Part shown: piece by piece, positions 27,856 to 41,500 of the stretch | Layout: each line of letters opens with the position of its first letter | How positions within the stretch are numbered: the first letter of the stretch is position 1 | Source: Adineta vaga | Lineage: Eukaryota; Animalia; Rotifera | NCBI GenBank assembly: GCA_021613535.1 | Contig: CP075493.1 | Location: 11,842,001 to 11,906,000, forward strand | Length of the DNA: 64,000 nt | Direction: 5' to 3' | Translations under genes and position numbers: made by a program | The notes under the pieces: model-generated | Seen by the model: only the letters and a program-made list of their open reading frames with translations | The model's database searches: none | What the model was told of the DNA's origin: nothing

Positions 27856-28863
27856 TCAAACAATATTAGAATACTTCTTTAAGATACTGTAATCACGTGG
27901 AGTCTGCTCAAAAACCCAGTTTTCATTGTCATGTTCCCGCCCTTGAATAGTAATCGGAGGTATGATGTCAAACATGTCAGAATTCGAATTCCTTTTCCAT
28001 GTCATTTGAACATAGACGATCGTTGTTTTGGCAATATTCATATTGCATTCTCTGACGAGATCATTATAAGGCAAATGGCTGTACGGCTCAATAATCGTAT
28101 GCAAATACACGAGATTTGGTGCTGCTTTTGCGAGATTTTCGAAACAAATGTGTCGTCCCATGAAGATCGTACATGCTCTCTTTGTAATTTGCGGCAATGA
28201 AAATTCACTCCAACCATCCATATCATGACGATAAAGATGAACATTAAGAGCGCGTAGCGAGGGCATACATTGAACAAGACGATGGATAGAAGCAGAAGGA
28301 ATTGATGCATCCAGATGAAAACGTCGCAAAGAAGTACTAATTGCTAGATTCAGTTCAGAATCGCTTGAGTAGAAAACATTGCGTGATAATCGAATTTTAC
28401 ATATTCGTAATTGTGGCAGTTGAAATATTCTATTGAAAAGAGGTTCCACAGATTTATTAAAATTGAACATCGCACAAGAGACTGCTAGATATTGTAAAGA
28501 TGGAACTTGTGGCAGGAGAGATTGTAGCAAGAGATAATTTTTTTGTCGTCGAATATGAAGTGATAATGAGCGAAGGTTTGGGAATGAGCTGATACTATCG
28601 AGAAACAAAAGAAGATCAGAAGTGCCATAAAGATTTGCGTGTAATGCTTCAAACGTTTCAGGACAAAAAGGAATCCGAGATGCTTTAAAAACGTTACATC
28701 CTCCTGTTTTAATATTTAAGCAAATACGAAGACGAGGTGAATTAAGAAGGCTGGTAAAAAATGTATTGAGGTTTGAAAAAGCTTTTCGTACATCATTTCC
28801 GTCGATTTGTGAAAGGATTATAAACCATATTTCGACGGGTAAACGTTCGATGGACGATATCAT
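27856..28863 (-). CDS. F-box protein with LRR-like repeats
   Basis: N-terminal IERLPVEIWFIILSQID...AFSNLN F-box, followed by LxxLxL repeats (PNLRSLSL, PSLQYLAV, PSLRALNV). Confidence 0.8.
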   Translation of the reverse strand: MISSIERLPVEIWFIILSQIDGNDVRKAFSNLNTFFTSLLNSPRLRICLNIKTGGCNVFKASRIPFCPETFEALHANLYGTSDLLLFLDSISSFPNLRSLSLHIRRQKNYLLLQSLLPQVPSLQYLAVSCAMFNFNKSVEPLFNRIFQLPQLRICKIRLSRNVFYSSDSELNLAISTSLRRFHLDASIPSASIHRLVQCMPSLRALNVHLYRHDMDGWSEFSLPQITKRACTIFMGRHICFENLAKAAPNLVYLHTIIEPYSHLPYNDLVRECNMNIAKTTIVYVQMTWKRNSNSDMFDIIPPITIQGREHDNENWVFEQTPRDYSILKKYSNIV

Positions 28864-29746
28864 TCTTTATGGTACGAATACGAAATGAGAAATAGTTTAA
28901 TATTAACTACGAACAAGTATTGAAATATCAGTTAACCAATTAATAGACGATATAACAGAGGTCTCTCGATGCTACATTAGGTTATAAAACAAATGCGCCA
29001 CAAAAGGATTGACTTAGGGTGTGAATATTGTTAAGAGATATTTGCAATCTATTCTCTGAGAAATAGAGATAGTATTGATTGTATATAGAATGTCAAAAAT
29101 CAAGTCGATGTAAAAGACAAACTGACACAATGTGGTTCAGCAACGTTGTATTTTTTTAAATTTACAAGGGATTTATTTTGATTTAGCAATAGAAAAGACG
29201 AAAAGAACAACATCAAAGTGAAATATTCAAAAAACGTTTGAACTCAAGATATGATATCATACGAATGACATATAAAAGGAAGTATAGACAAAAAAATCGT
29301 TTAAAATTGATTTTTGTTTTGACATTTATATTCGTTCCAACACTCTGTCATCAGAGATTGTTTGAAGGATAAATATAGTTATATCTCACTCATACTCACA
29401 GAATCGTATGTATTTTACCATCTTGAGGGTGGGTGTGGATATCTTCTCTTCGATTATCCACACCCTCATGGAGATATTTGTAGTTATGACAACAGAAAAG
29501 ACAGTACGCGTATAAGTACTATTTTATTCTGGGACGAGTATTATGATATTTTTGACGTTTCATAACTTAATATGAAAAAGGTTCTTGTGAGATGAGATCT
29601 CAAAACACATGAATAAAATATTCTTGAACTACTATATACAGAAATAACTTGTTAAATTTAAATCCAGAGGGTATAGTACAAATTTTAGTAAATCTTATCA
29701 AGTATAATATATTTATTTATAGTCTTTCAATGAATTTGACATTTTT

Positions 29747-30340
29747 CTATATTTTTGCAGTTAAAATATCAATCGGCCACTCTGGTGTGTCATAATCGGG
29801 ATGTTGATAATTAATAATTTTCGATGTGTTCAATCCATCCGCCTCTTCGGTTGTCTTTTCTACTTTTACATCTTTCACCTTTGCCCATTCTCCCATACAA
29901 CTTTCTATTCCAATTTGAACTTCAGGTTTTCCAAATTGTTGAGGTCGATCAAAGCTACCTAGAAGTAATTGTATCAATGGTTCATAGTTCAATTTATATG
30001 CTAAAGGTGTTCCACAGTGCGAACAAAACACACGACTTGCCATTGATGAACTTTGAAACGATGATGGAATACCACGTGTCCATCGAAAATCTTCCATTTT
30101 AAAACAAACAAACACACCAAATGCAGCTCCCAAAGCCTTTTGACACATGCGACAATGACAGATTTCAACTGGCTGAGCAAAACTACAAGAATAAATTGCA
30201 TAACGAATAGCTCCACATTGACAACCACCACTGTAACATGGTGATTGATTTGACCAATCTAGACTCTCAGGATGGACAGCCTCTACAAATAAAGAGATAT
30301 CAAGGATATGTCTTCAGACTTCACTATTACCAGTTGACAT
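29747..30340 (-). CDS. GFA/CENP-V family zinc protein, bacterial-like, one intron (30283-30330)
   Basis: Spliced MSTEAVHP...SGGCQCGAIRY...ICHCRMCQKA...RVFCSHCGTPL, with C-terminal NYQHPDYDTPEWP. Confidence 0.9.
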
Positions 30341-30643
30341 TTATTTTCAAATAGTATCTGCGTAAACTAATGATTCAAAATTAAAATGATTTTGACGATA
30401 GTATTTTCATGTTAGACAGAAACAAATATGTTAATTCTTATTGCATAAAATTCCACGTGCATTGTTATCTCTTTGTTTATCTGTTGGTGTATAGTAAAGA
30501 AAACAAATGACTTTATAAGTAAACCAACGATCGCATGGCGTCTGTTATAGACGATGTTACCAATAATGGTTTGAATGTAAGTTATTCGAGCTCTTCTTTT
30601 ACTCTAATTTTTATTGATTTAAAAGAATATACAATTAAATTAT

Positions 30644-32338
30644 ATGAGTGATCCAACAACAAGATCTTCGTCATCATCAGCAGCAAAAAAGCCACCTACA
30701 CTTGATAGTATCCTACGATTATGTGGTGATCTTGGACTCTATCAATTTATACATATTTTCTTTCTGAATCTCATTTCAATGAGTGCCGGAATGGTTGCTT
30801 TCTATTATGTATTTGGTGCAGCTGATCTTAATCATCGATGTCAATTGCCATCGTCTGTATGGCCAAATGATGTGCACTATCAAGCATTTAATCAAACACA
30901 TGAAAATTTGATTACTGCTTACATTCCAAAAGATAAAGATGGCAAATGGGACAAATGTATGCGCTATACAACAAATAATCGGAGTCGAACACTAGTCAAC
31001 TGCCCTAATGGTTGGGCATATGATCGATCTGTTTTCGGTTATACATTTACTGAAGAAGCTGATCTTGTATGTCGCCATGAACCGAAGAAAAGTTGGGTAT
31101 CTACATTGATGCAAAGTGGTGGTTTTTCATTAGTTATCATCGGTTCATTAGGTGACAAATTTGGACGAAGGAGAACAACAATTATAACAACTGTACTTTT
31201 GTTTATACTATGTATTATTACACAAATCTTCATGCAATGGATTCCAATGTCAGTAAATACAAGGTAAGTTGACGAATTTGATTGGAATTGTCTTTGCTAT
31301 TGTATGTCTTAACTTGATAGGTTTGCTCTCTTACTAGTCAATCAGTTAATATCTGGTTTGACTGTTTCAACATATAGTATGGCTTTTATTCTTATGCTCG
31401 AATTAACATCGGCAGCTCATACAAGTCTCGTTGGAAATACAGCACTCATTTCTTTTACAATTGGTGAAGCAATTTTGACTCTTTTTGCTTATCTGACACT
31501 TGATTGGCAAAAACTTAAATGGGCTACTACAGTTTTTATTGGTTTAGTTTTACCGTATCTGTATTTTATACCCGAGACACCACTTTATCTTTATTCTAAA
31601 CGGCAATATACTGCACTCGAAACAATACTACGTCGAATTGCTACAGTAAATAAACGCAAAGAAATCGATTGGTATCCATCGTATGAAGAACTTGTGTGTA
31701 ATCAATCGCTTGTCGAACTTAACATAGAAACTAAGACATCATTTAGAAAAGAAGTTCGTCAACTTTTTTCACATAAATCGAGTCTTATTAAACTATTAAT
31801 TACATGTTTTCTCGGTTTCACAACATATATGCTTTACTATGAAATAAGTTATGATCTTGAAGTCATTAATATATCACCCTATCTTGGTGTTCTTATTGGA
31901 GCGGTTGTTGAAGCGATTGGTTACATATCAGGTTCTGCACTGATCGTAACACGACTTGGTCGTAAAGGTACATTTGCTATTATGATGAGTCTTACTGCAG
32001 TATGCATTTTAATTATACCATTTATTGTTAAACACAATGCTATTGGTACTATACTTGTTGCACAATTAGGAAAATATGCTGTATCAGGAGCAATTGCTGT
32101 CTCTTGGATATTCATACCTGAACTTTTTCAAACATCAATTCGAAGTACTGCCAATGGACTTTTCATTACTTTTAGTCATCTTGGAGCTATCATTGCACCA
32201 GTGATTAATACTTCTATTAGTGACGAATATTTACCTATCACATTTTATGTATCATCAGCTTTAGCCGTGATTGTTCTCTTGCTAACTATGATACTACCAG
32301 AAACAAAAGATAGAACAATGGATGATGAACAAGATTAG
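30644..32338 (+). CDS. SLC22-like transporter, paralog of 19730-21498, one intron (~31264-31320)
   Basis: GDLGLYQ, YDRSVFGYTFTEE, GDKFGRRR, PETPLYL, ELFQTSIRS and LPETK motifs. Confidence 0.9.
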
Positions 32339-32844
32339 TCCAATAAACAGACTGACATAACATGATTTTTTTATTGCTATTATCTCTTTTTTCTTTCATA
32401 TAACTGTTTACAAATGATACCATTGATTGTTAGAATTATTCATTCAGCATTATATTAATATTATGCATAGCCAGTTTTTTCAAAGTGCATAAGAAAGTCA
32501 CACAAAAATGCAGTTCTGATTGTGATATCTTTCATTCCACGATTTTTCTTAATGACAGTCGAAGTCAAATCAATAACGAGGCATGTCTGAGATGATTTAA
32601 TTAAATGAAGATGAAAATGTTTAATAGTGAATATAGTAATATCAAAACTTCGAACGTAATAATTGTTTGGTACATTTGTTTAAAATTATATGGTTCAACA
32701 ATTTGTAAATACTAATCAAAGATTACAAGACATACAGAAGCAATTTATCCAGCAACAAAAAGAACTTATGTACTCAAAATAACAACACTGATACAATATA
32801 TTTGAAATCAAGAATTCTGTTAAAATTAAAAGTATTCTATAGCA

Positions 32845-33997
32845 TTAACTTAAGTTCGTTTTCGTATATGCGGATGTGATGTTTATTGTATTTCTTGTCT
32901 GTGGGACATGATGAATATGATTATCCCCTTTACTTTTCACGGTGATAACATTAATCGCACCTGTTGGAGCAGTATTCGGCAATATTTGATGTGGTCTGAT
33001 CGGATCAAATCGAACTAAACCCAATTTAGTTAACACAGCATTAAATACCAAATGAATGCAACGTTTCATTTCAGTACGAAATTTGGGACTTGTTAGCGTA
33101 TAGATATAAAATCCAGTGATAGAATTCGTGTAAAAAAGAAACATGGTTAAAGTTTTGACACATTGATAAATCATTTGTTCTAATATTGAAGGTGTATCAT
33201 TAAATATAGTTAGGCCAAATGCATTGTACATAGTAGTACCCACATGTGGAAGGGAAATGAGAATAGTAATGAGTATTTGAAATAAAACCATCATAATCAT
33301 TTGACGATCATCAGAACGTATACGTTCATTTCGTGCATTACTAGTATGTTGAAAACACGATTACGAGTACTACGAACATTATGTATAATTAAAATAGTAA
33401 AAATACACATGAAGAATATGGGTAAAATACAAGCTACAATAGGTCCAAAAAAGGTAAAGAAAAGAAAGTATTCATAGGAATTTATGGCACAAACAAAGTG
33501 CGATTCCTATCCCAAATCGATTCATAGTATATTGACATGTGCACATGACTTAGTAGAGAAACTACACAGATACCTACGATCACTCGTCGTGCTATTGACA
33601 AACGACTTAATTGACGAAACTGCACATTTCATGAACTTGATAGAAAGCGATCGATACTGGCGAGAACAGGGAACCATATAAGAAGTGAGAATGGTAGATA
33701 TTGAATAAGAATACTTATTTTACATAAAAAATTAGTACTTTCGAAGAAATTCAAATTCCAAATTAATGAAATATAACGAACGAAGGTGAGTAGATAAATG
33801 AATAAAAAATTGTTGACTGAACTGGCCAAAAAATATGCTGAACATGGATTGGTACGTAGATTAGGACGAGTGAAAATGATGATGTTAAACATATTTCCAA
33901 ACGTTCCCAAAACACTTTGTATCGGTGGAATAATTTCATACATTTGAATTGTAGCAACATAGATGCTCATAAGTAAATCATACATTGAATTCGACAT
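32845..33997 (-). pseudogene. Class A GPCR pseudogene
   Basis: GTFGNMFNIIIF...RTNPCS, ASIDRFLSSS, then an in-frame TGA at 33629 and later frameshifts. TM6/TM7 FYIYTLTSPKFR is present. Confidence 0.85.
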
Positions 33998-34967
33998 GAT
34001 AAATAGGGATAAGAATCGCGCAGCGAACGTTGAACTTACAAATAGACAAGTTGAAATATTGATATACTATATAGAACAATGATCGTCTCGTCTTCTCTTA
34101 TTAAACTCCTATTTATTCTCTTTTTCTCTGTTTTATTTAAATTATCAAACAAGGAATAATTTCAACTACGTAGTAATTTTCTATTAAAAATAGTACTTAG
34201 TTGTTCTCAGAAAAACAACTTGACAATAATTTTTTACAAAAGAAATTTAATTTCCTGTATTCTTCTAAGAATCTTATTTTATTCACAAGAAGGCACAATG
34301 TCATGTGCATATATTAATGGTAGAAATGAATAGATTGTATTTTCACATACATTTCAATTATTGGCAGATATAGTGATTTTAATACAAGAAAATAGAAAAA
34401 ATATCTTTATTTTCTTTTCGTCTATTTTATTTTGAACATTTATTATCTACGTGAGAATATGGCATAAATACTTATAATTAAAGAAAATTTGTTGCAAAAA
34501 ACAATTGTCCGATTTAGAAGATAAACAGTATAATGAACAATACGAATGTTTGTATATATAGAAACTCAATGACTCATCGTTGAAGACGAATCGACGCCTT
34601 GTATAGAATTATTCGACAAGACAAGAATGGATTTTCCAGTTATATATTTTTGATTACAAAAGAAAAGAAAAAAATACTTACGTCATAATAGACTCTTCCT
34701 TTTTTTTCTTTCCTTTCTGTAACATTAACGCAGTATAAACGTGTCTGACATGCAATTGCATCATATATAGTATGATTTGTCAGTCATGGATATTATTTTC
34801 ACCAAGTGGTGCAATATTTTTCCCTTCTATTTCACAATCTTTCTTGATTTCATGTAAAAAAACTGAAAAACTGACCGTCATCATTGCATCAACGAGAGGT
34901 AAAAACCAACTATGAAGACGTATATAAATACGGCATTAGCTTGTATTTAGATACATTCTTGTTAATA

Positions 34968-35823
34968 ATGACAACCATACGACCTACGGACAGAATTCTT
35001 CTTCATGGCGTTGATGTTGATTTATCTGAAGATGAATTAAGAAAAGAATTGGTAGCAAACTATCGTGGTATTAAAAGTATTGAACGATTATGCAAAGATG
35101 ATCAATACAAAACACCAAGAGAAGTGGTTCAAATTCAATTTACATCAGTAAAATATACCGAAGATATACTTAAAAATGGATACGTCAACATTGGTTTACT
35201 TCGATGCTCAGTACGAGGTGTAAAACCGAGTATCTCCGCCCTAAGGCAAATCAAAGATAATAATGGATTGGATGTATCAGAAGATACAGAGCAACCATCG
35301 AATAAAATTCTTGTTCATGGCGTTCCAACAAACATTCCCGTCAATGAATTAGGAGAAGAATTATCGAAAATTTATGATGGTATTAAATTTGCTAAACGAT
35401 GGTATGAAAATGCTGAATCTCAAGTTCCAACAGACCGTGTTCAAATTGATTTCAAATCATCGAAAGACACTGAAAGTATCCTACGCAATGGTTATATACA
35501 AATAGGTAAATTTTATTGGTCTGTAACAGCTTATAAACCACATAATCGTCAACGAAATTACATTGAGTATGATGATTCTCAGTCAGATAATCATTCAGAT
35601 TACCAATCCGATTATCAATCAGATATACTCACCGAGCAACAAATTCTTCAAACATTTGAAAAACAGAAACAGTAAGTGAATTTGTTTTTCTATTCGAAAT
35701 TTATTCTTTAAATTCCATTTGAATTCTAGGCAATTATCCGAGTTGATAAATCGTTTTGATGCTCGCCTCAACAATGCAATTGGTTCTCAAACCAAAAATC
35801 GGGATTACTCATTGCCTGCATAG
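34968..35823 (+). CDS. Protein with two tandem RRM-like domains resembling non-LTR retrotransposon ORF1 (gag-like); one 3' intron
   Basis: Internal repeat RILLHGVDVDLSEDELRKEL...VVQIQF...ILKNGYVNIG / KILVHGVPTNIPVNELGEEL...RVQIDF...ILRNGYIQIG. GT-AG intron ~35672-35729, TATA-like tatataaata at 34921. Confidence 0.6.
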
Positions 35824-36017
35824 GCAAACGATAGATATTTTTCATTCCAGATTTTTTTATGACCAATATTCTTAGAGGTTTTTTTTTTCAAATACAGAAT
35901 GATAAAACAAAGAAATTTTATTTGATTGAAATTAAAGAATCAAGTTCAGATAATTTATTTGTATACGCAGCATTCAACCATTTGTCAATTTGTTTATTTC
36001 TAATATCATTCGTGACG

Positions 36018-36503
36018 TTACATCGTCAGCTCAGTTAATTCACATGAAGTTCTGTTACATAAAAATGGTATATCATCTAAATGAATCTTTTGATGAAAGA
36101 GACGTAAACCCGATCGTCGTTCAATATCTTTAATTGAAACTGAAAAATCAGTTAAAGGATGGTTTCGATCAATTGATTGATTGGGTACAACAAAACATCC
36201 AGCACTCATATCTTTTTGATGGAAGATCAGCATTTTCATCATCAGAATATTTAGAGAATAGACGTTAAGAATGTTTTCTAATATATACTATAATACTTAC
36301 TGATTGTTTTCGTTCGATTGAAATAAATAAAGGACCAGTAATAATATGAACAAAATCAAATTGTTTAGCTAAATCTCGGATAAAACATTTAATTCGGCAC
36401 CAATAATTTCCATTATTATCAAGATCTTGAGAAACAATATTAGCTGATAAAATAAAAGTTTCATTCATGGCTTGTTGATTACCATATCTATGATCACCCG
36501 CTG
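36018..36503 (-). pseudogene. 3' fragment of an EndoG/EXOG-type DNA/RNA non-specific nuclease
   Basis: AGDHRYGNQQAMNETFILSANIVSQDLDNNGNYWCRI...IITGPLF and CFVVPNQSI...IERRSGLRLF. No upstream exon with the RGH active site was seen. Confidence 0.75.
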
Positions 36504-36639
36504 AATAAATATATAAATGTGTAACGAATAATTTTTCCTTCTATCTTTCATTATGGCGTTGAATAAAGAAAGTAATCTTTGTATTTCATGTCACATTCTT
36601 TTGGTGAATAATAAATACGTTTAGTATTTGAATTAATTT

Positions 36640-37700
36640 GACGAGATTCATCGTGTCACAGAATCAAAAGAACTAATATAGTTTTGTGATTGATAAATGA
36701 TCGTATACTTAATGTAAGGCTAACACGATCAGCTTGATATTGACAACGATTACCATAGTAATTTGGTGAACAAAAGCATACATGTTCGAAGAAATTCTTA
36801 TGCGTTGATGAAACCATTAATATATCAATGCCACGATGACAATGTGAATGTACATCTATTTGATAGATTGTTTTCTAACATTTTTATTTGCAATGCGTTT
36901 ACTCTGAAATTCTGATAATATGATGTATGCTCCTACAGTATATAATTCTTTATCTTGCTTTCGTTTCGCAAGTGGATAGAATATCGGATTTATAGCAGGA
37001 AAAGAATACAATTTTGGATGGTCAGGTTTGAAACATTTAATCGACATGCCACTATTGGGTATAGAAAGAGATTGACTTCCATATTGAATAAAGGTACGAC
37101 CTAGTTCAGATGAAAACTCATTGCACAAACGTTCATCTTCATTATTGGAACAATCAGATTGACCATTACATAATTGATTATCGCGTATGTTTTCACCTGT
37201 AAAACAGAGAATTTTGTAGAAATAATGAGCTGTTCTATATTAGCAATTATTTCCGAGCCATGTAAACTTACAATAAGACCTACAAAATATTTAATGTACG
37301 TAATAGTGGTAAACATTGAAGTAATGTACAGTTGAATTCATCCTCGCCGTTTGCATAGTTTATACGACCATTTCATCTAGTATAAATATGATTACAAAGC
37401 CATTCTTCACAATCAGTTTCGTCATTTTCAGTATTCAAATCTTTTTTTCCGCCACAAAGAACTGAAAATATTGAGTTTTTGAACGAATATTGTTTCCATA
37501 ACTTAATATCCGTTTTGAAATGAGTATGTACCAGATAGGGAGCTATTCTTTGATGATTCATTTTATCTGTAGTGTTAGGTGTTAGTTGATACGGTTCATC
37601 TTGTAAATACATCATATCTGCGACAGATTTTGCAAAAAAACATGTTCACAAAACGATGAATAGTAGCAGTCAAATCTTTTCGTAAATACGAGCCTGTAAT
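36640..37700 (-). pseudogene. Degenerate remnant of an LDLa/EGF-7TM receptor gene related to 56943-61647
   Basis: TENDETDCEEWLCNHIYTR and CFCSPNYYGNRCQYQADRVSL pieces parallel ETDETNCEYWPCNNPYTRC and CLCPPSYFGDRCQWQNQRISL. Many stops and frameshifts. Confidence 0.7.
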
Positions 37701-38527
37701 AGCTGTCACTAATAACATTGGTTTTTATTTCTCAAACATATTCTTACCGATGAAAAAAACACTATGAATATAAAATGAATGTAGGTTTTATCCTTCAATA
37801 AACTTTATTCTTATATGTCAGGAATGTTGTTCATCTGATTTTAATCTCTAACTAAGAAAATATCACGATAAATATATTTGATTTTCTATTCAGGTAATGA
37901 AAGATATGAATGATGGATAATTTATTCATATAAAATTTTTATGAAGACAGATAATTTTATTCTTGGCGAGTTCTTTTCCTTTTCATTTGTATGCTTAGGA
38001 AAAAGACGTCACATGTTTTGAGAAAAAAAAATTCCTTTTTTCTATGAGTTAGAAAAAAAACAGCTTCGAAGAGCAATTCTTTTCTTTTACTTTTCCATAA
38101 CTAAACAGTTTGTATTTCTAATTCAAAAGTATTCAATGCATTTTCACATCGAAATAGTGGATAACCATTTTAACAATAATTTGATTATGTCTACTTCGTA
38201 TATTAATCACGTGCACTATCTATCATGGATTGTATAACATGAGTGTCTAATATTTTCTTTTGATGTTTACTATGCTATGATGAATGTAGTTTTTTGTGAG
38301 CATCTTGTTCTCATATAGTGTTTCTTTCCTTCGGGTATTCTTTCTTTCTGTTTGTAATTAGTTTTTTCTTCGCCGTAAACATTACCTTTGGTAAGTTGTC
38401 TTTGCCGTTTGACTCTATATAAGTATGATCAGCTATTACTATCAATAACGAATAATGAAATATAATATCGTGATTTAAATTATTCTATTTTCAAAGGAAA
38501 CGATATTTCCATCGATCAATATTCTAG

Positions 38528-41500
38528 ATGACAACTTTGTCAGGACCCGAACGAACTGATCTTTTCAAAGATGAACTTCTTCATGATATTTTTATTCAGA
38601 CAGCACGACGTTTTCCTGATAAAGTCGCTCTTCGTTGGCAAAATGATGAAATTATGTATAGTCAACTCTATCAACGTGCATCGCATTTAGCTCTTATCTT
38701 ACAACAAACAAAAAATATTCGTACCAATGATCGAGTAGGTATCTGGTTATCACGTTCAGCTCAATTACATGTCACAATACTTGCTGTTTTGATGACTGGT
38801 GCAACGTATGTTCCATTTGATGCTGATGTGCCACAAGAACGTGTCAATGAAATACTCGATGACTTACAAATTGTAGTTCTTCTCATCGATTCTCGTATTT
38901 CAATAAGACATCCATTGGCATTTAATGTTCAACATTTACATGAAGATTTATATATTAACGGTAGTATTGCTCAAATAAGAACAGATATTCATAGAAATCT
39001 ACCAGCTTATATCATTTGTACTTCGGGTTCAACTGGAAAACCTAAAGCAATTGCTATCAGTCACCGAAGCATCTGCCATTTTGTACGTGCCGATAATGAA
39101 ATTATGCAAATTAGATATGAAGATATTGTTTATCAAGGTTCATCAGCTGCATTCGATATGTTTCTTGAAGAAACGTTTCTTTCGTACTCTGTTGGTGCAA
39201 CACTTGTTATCCCGTCAAAAATGGACATTCTAAATAGTGATAAACTACATCAGTTCTTTATTCATCATTCTATTACGGTATTATTTTGTGTACCAACATT
39301 ATTACTTCTTATGCATAACGATCCAGCACTCAAACTTCGTCTTATCAATACTGGTGGTGAAGCGTGTCCACAGGTATATAATATAGATTAGATTATCCAT
39401 ACATTGGAAAATAATTCATTTAGACACTAGTTGATCGATGGTGGAAAGAAGATCGATTGATATTCAATTCTTACGGTCCTACTGAAATAACAGTTGCAGC
39501 TACAGTTCAATCTCTTCGTCCTGGACAACCAATCAGTATTGGTGTTCCCTTACCTAATTATGTATGTTGTTTACTCGATGAAATGACTGGCCAGCCAACG
39601 TTTGAAAATACCGGTGAATTATGTATACATGGACCAGGTGTTGCTCTGGGTTATATTAATCATCAATCATTAACAAAAGAAAAATTTACTAAATATGGTT
39701 ATCGTACAGGTGATCGTGTGTCAATTCAAAATGGACAAATCTTTTTTCATGAAAGAATTGATTCTCAAGTCAAACTTCGTGGGTATCGTATGGAACTTGA
39801 TGAAATAGAACAAGAATTAGTTCGATTAGAAGATAAAGTTGTATCAGCTGTTGTAACTGTTCTTAATGAACAATTAATTGCTTTCGTTGTTGGTCATTTA
39901 AATGAATCACAAATGCGTGAAGAACTTCGACAAAGATTACCTTCGTATATGGTACCAGATCGATTAGTAACAATTGACGGCGCAATGCCTCGTTTATCGA
40001 GTGGAAAGATCGATCGAAAAGCTATCGCTGCTCTTCTATTAAAAGATGATATTGACAAATCGAAATCTACAATAATAGAACTTGATTCGGGTAAGATAAT
40101 TATGTTCGTATAATGTATTTTATGTTATATCTATTTCAGTAAGAAACAATTTCAATGAACAGAATGATAATCGGCAACCACTTGACGTTATTCTCAGTGT
40201 TTTTCAAAAGAGTTTTGTACATCAACAACCAAAAGCAAATGATGATTTTTTTATTGATCTTGGTGGTCATTCGCTGATTGCGACACTGACGATAACTGAA
40301 CTACGTAAATGGTTCCATGGTATTGCTCTACATGATTTGTATGAATGTAGAACTGCCACTAAACTCGCTGAACGTTTAACAAATTTATTGAATGAGAAAA
40401 AAGACGTGAAAAGTTTAAAACTTTCTATTCATTTTGTCAAACCATCGTATACGAGAATTATTCTCTGTAGTCTATATCAAGCACTCATAATTCTTATTCT
40501 TAGTGGTATAGCGTCACTTGAATTCATTCTACCGTATATTATATTTATTTTATTTTTACGCGAAGATAATATTGGCTATGCATGTCTCGCTGCTTATGGG
40601 ATATTTGTTATTGTGCCTGTGTTTCGACATATTTTGTCACTGACAGCAAAATGGTTTCTTATTGGTCGATACGAAGAAGGTGATTTTCCATTGTGGGGTT
40701 GGATGTATGTTCGATGGTGGACTGTCGAAAGATTACGAACTCTCGCTATGCCTTCGACTCTAGCTGATAGTCCATTGATGAGTATTTATTATAGACTGTT
40801 TGGTGCTAAAATTGGTCGAAATGTTCATCTTGGTTCCATTAATTGTGAGGCTCCTGATCTTTTAGAAATTAATGATGAAACAACTATATCATCAGAAGTT
40901 CATTTTCAGACTGCTTTCGTAGAAGATTATACATTAAAATTTCGTCGCATTTATATTGGCAAAAATAGTTATATCGGTAGTCGTAGTGTTATAAGCGGAC
41001 GAACGAAAATGAATGAGTATTCGGAATTGCATGATTTCTCTTTTCTTCCCCCTAACACATGTGTACCTGAACATGAAGTTTGGCATGGGTCACCAGCTAT
41101 TTATTCGCATCATGCTGATTTAACAGCGCCACTACTGCCTAACAATTCAATGCACATGAAATTTACATCTATCGGAAGTACGATAATTTTTGCAATAATT
41201 ACTCTGCTATTCATGCCATTGTTCCATTTCATTCCAATTATTCCTGGTCTACTTCTTTTCGAATATATTGATATAAAATCTATAGACAATACACTGGAAG
41301 TCTTTATCTTCTGTCCATGTGTTGGAATTCTATATACATGTTTAGTAATTATACAAATTATTATCATTCGTTATTTGATTACCAGAAAGCTGGAAGTAGG
41401 TGTTTACAGTACAAAATCATTAATATATATACAAAAATGGCTATTTGATCGAGTTCTGGAAGCTGCCTTGCATGTTATGCATACGTTTTATGCGACTCTC

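Noticed and set aside
17823-32338. Biosynthetic gene cluster linking the MFS/SLC22 transporters to the Pls-like gene
   Set aside because: The transporters look like ordinary metazoan families and lie several kb away with unrelated genes between; no evidence of co-function.
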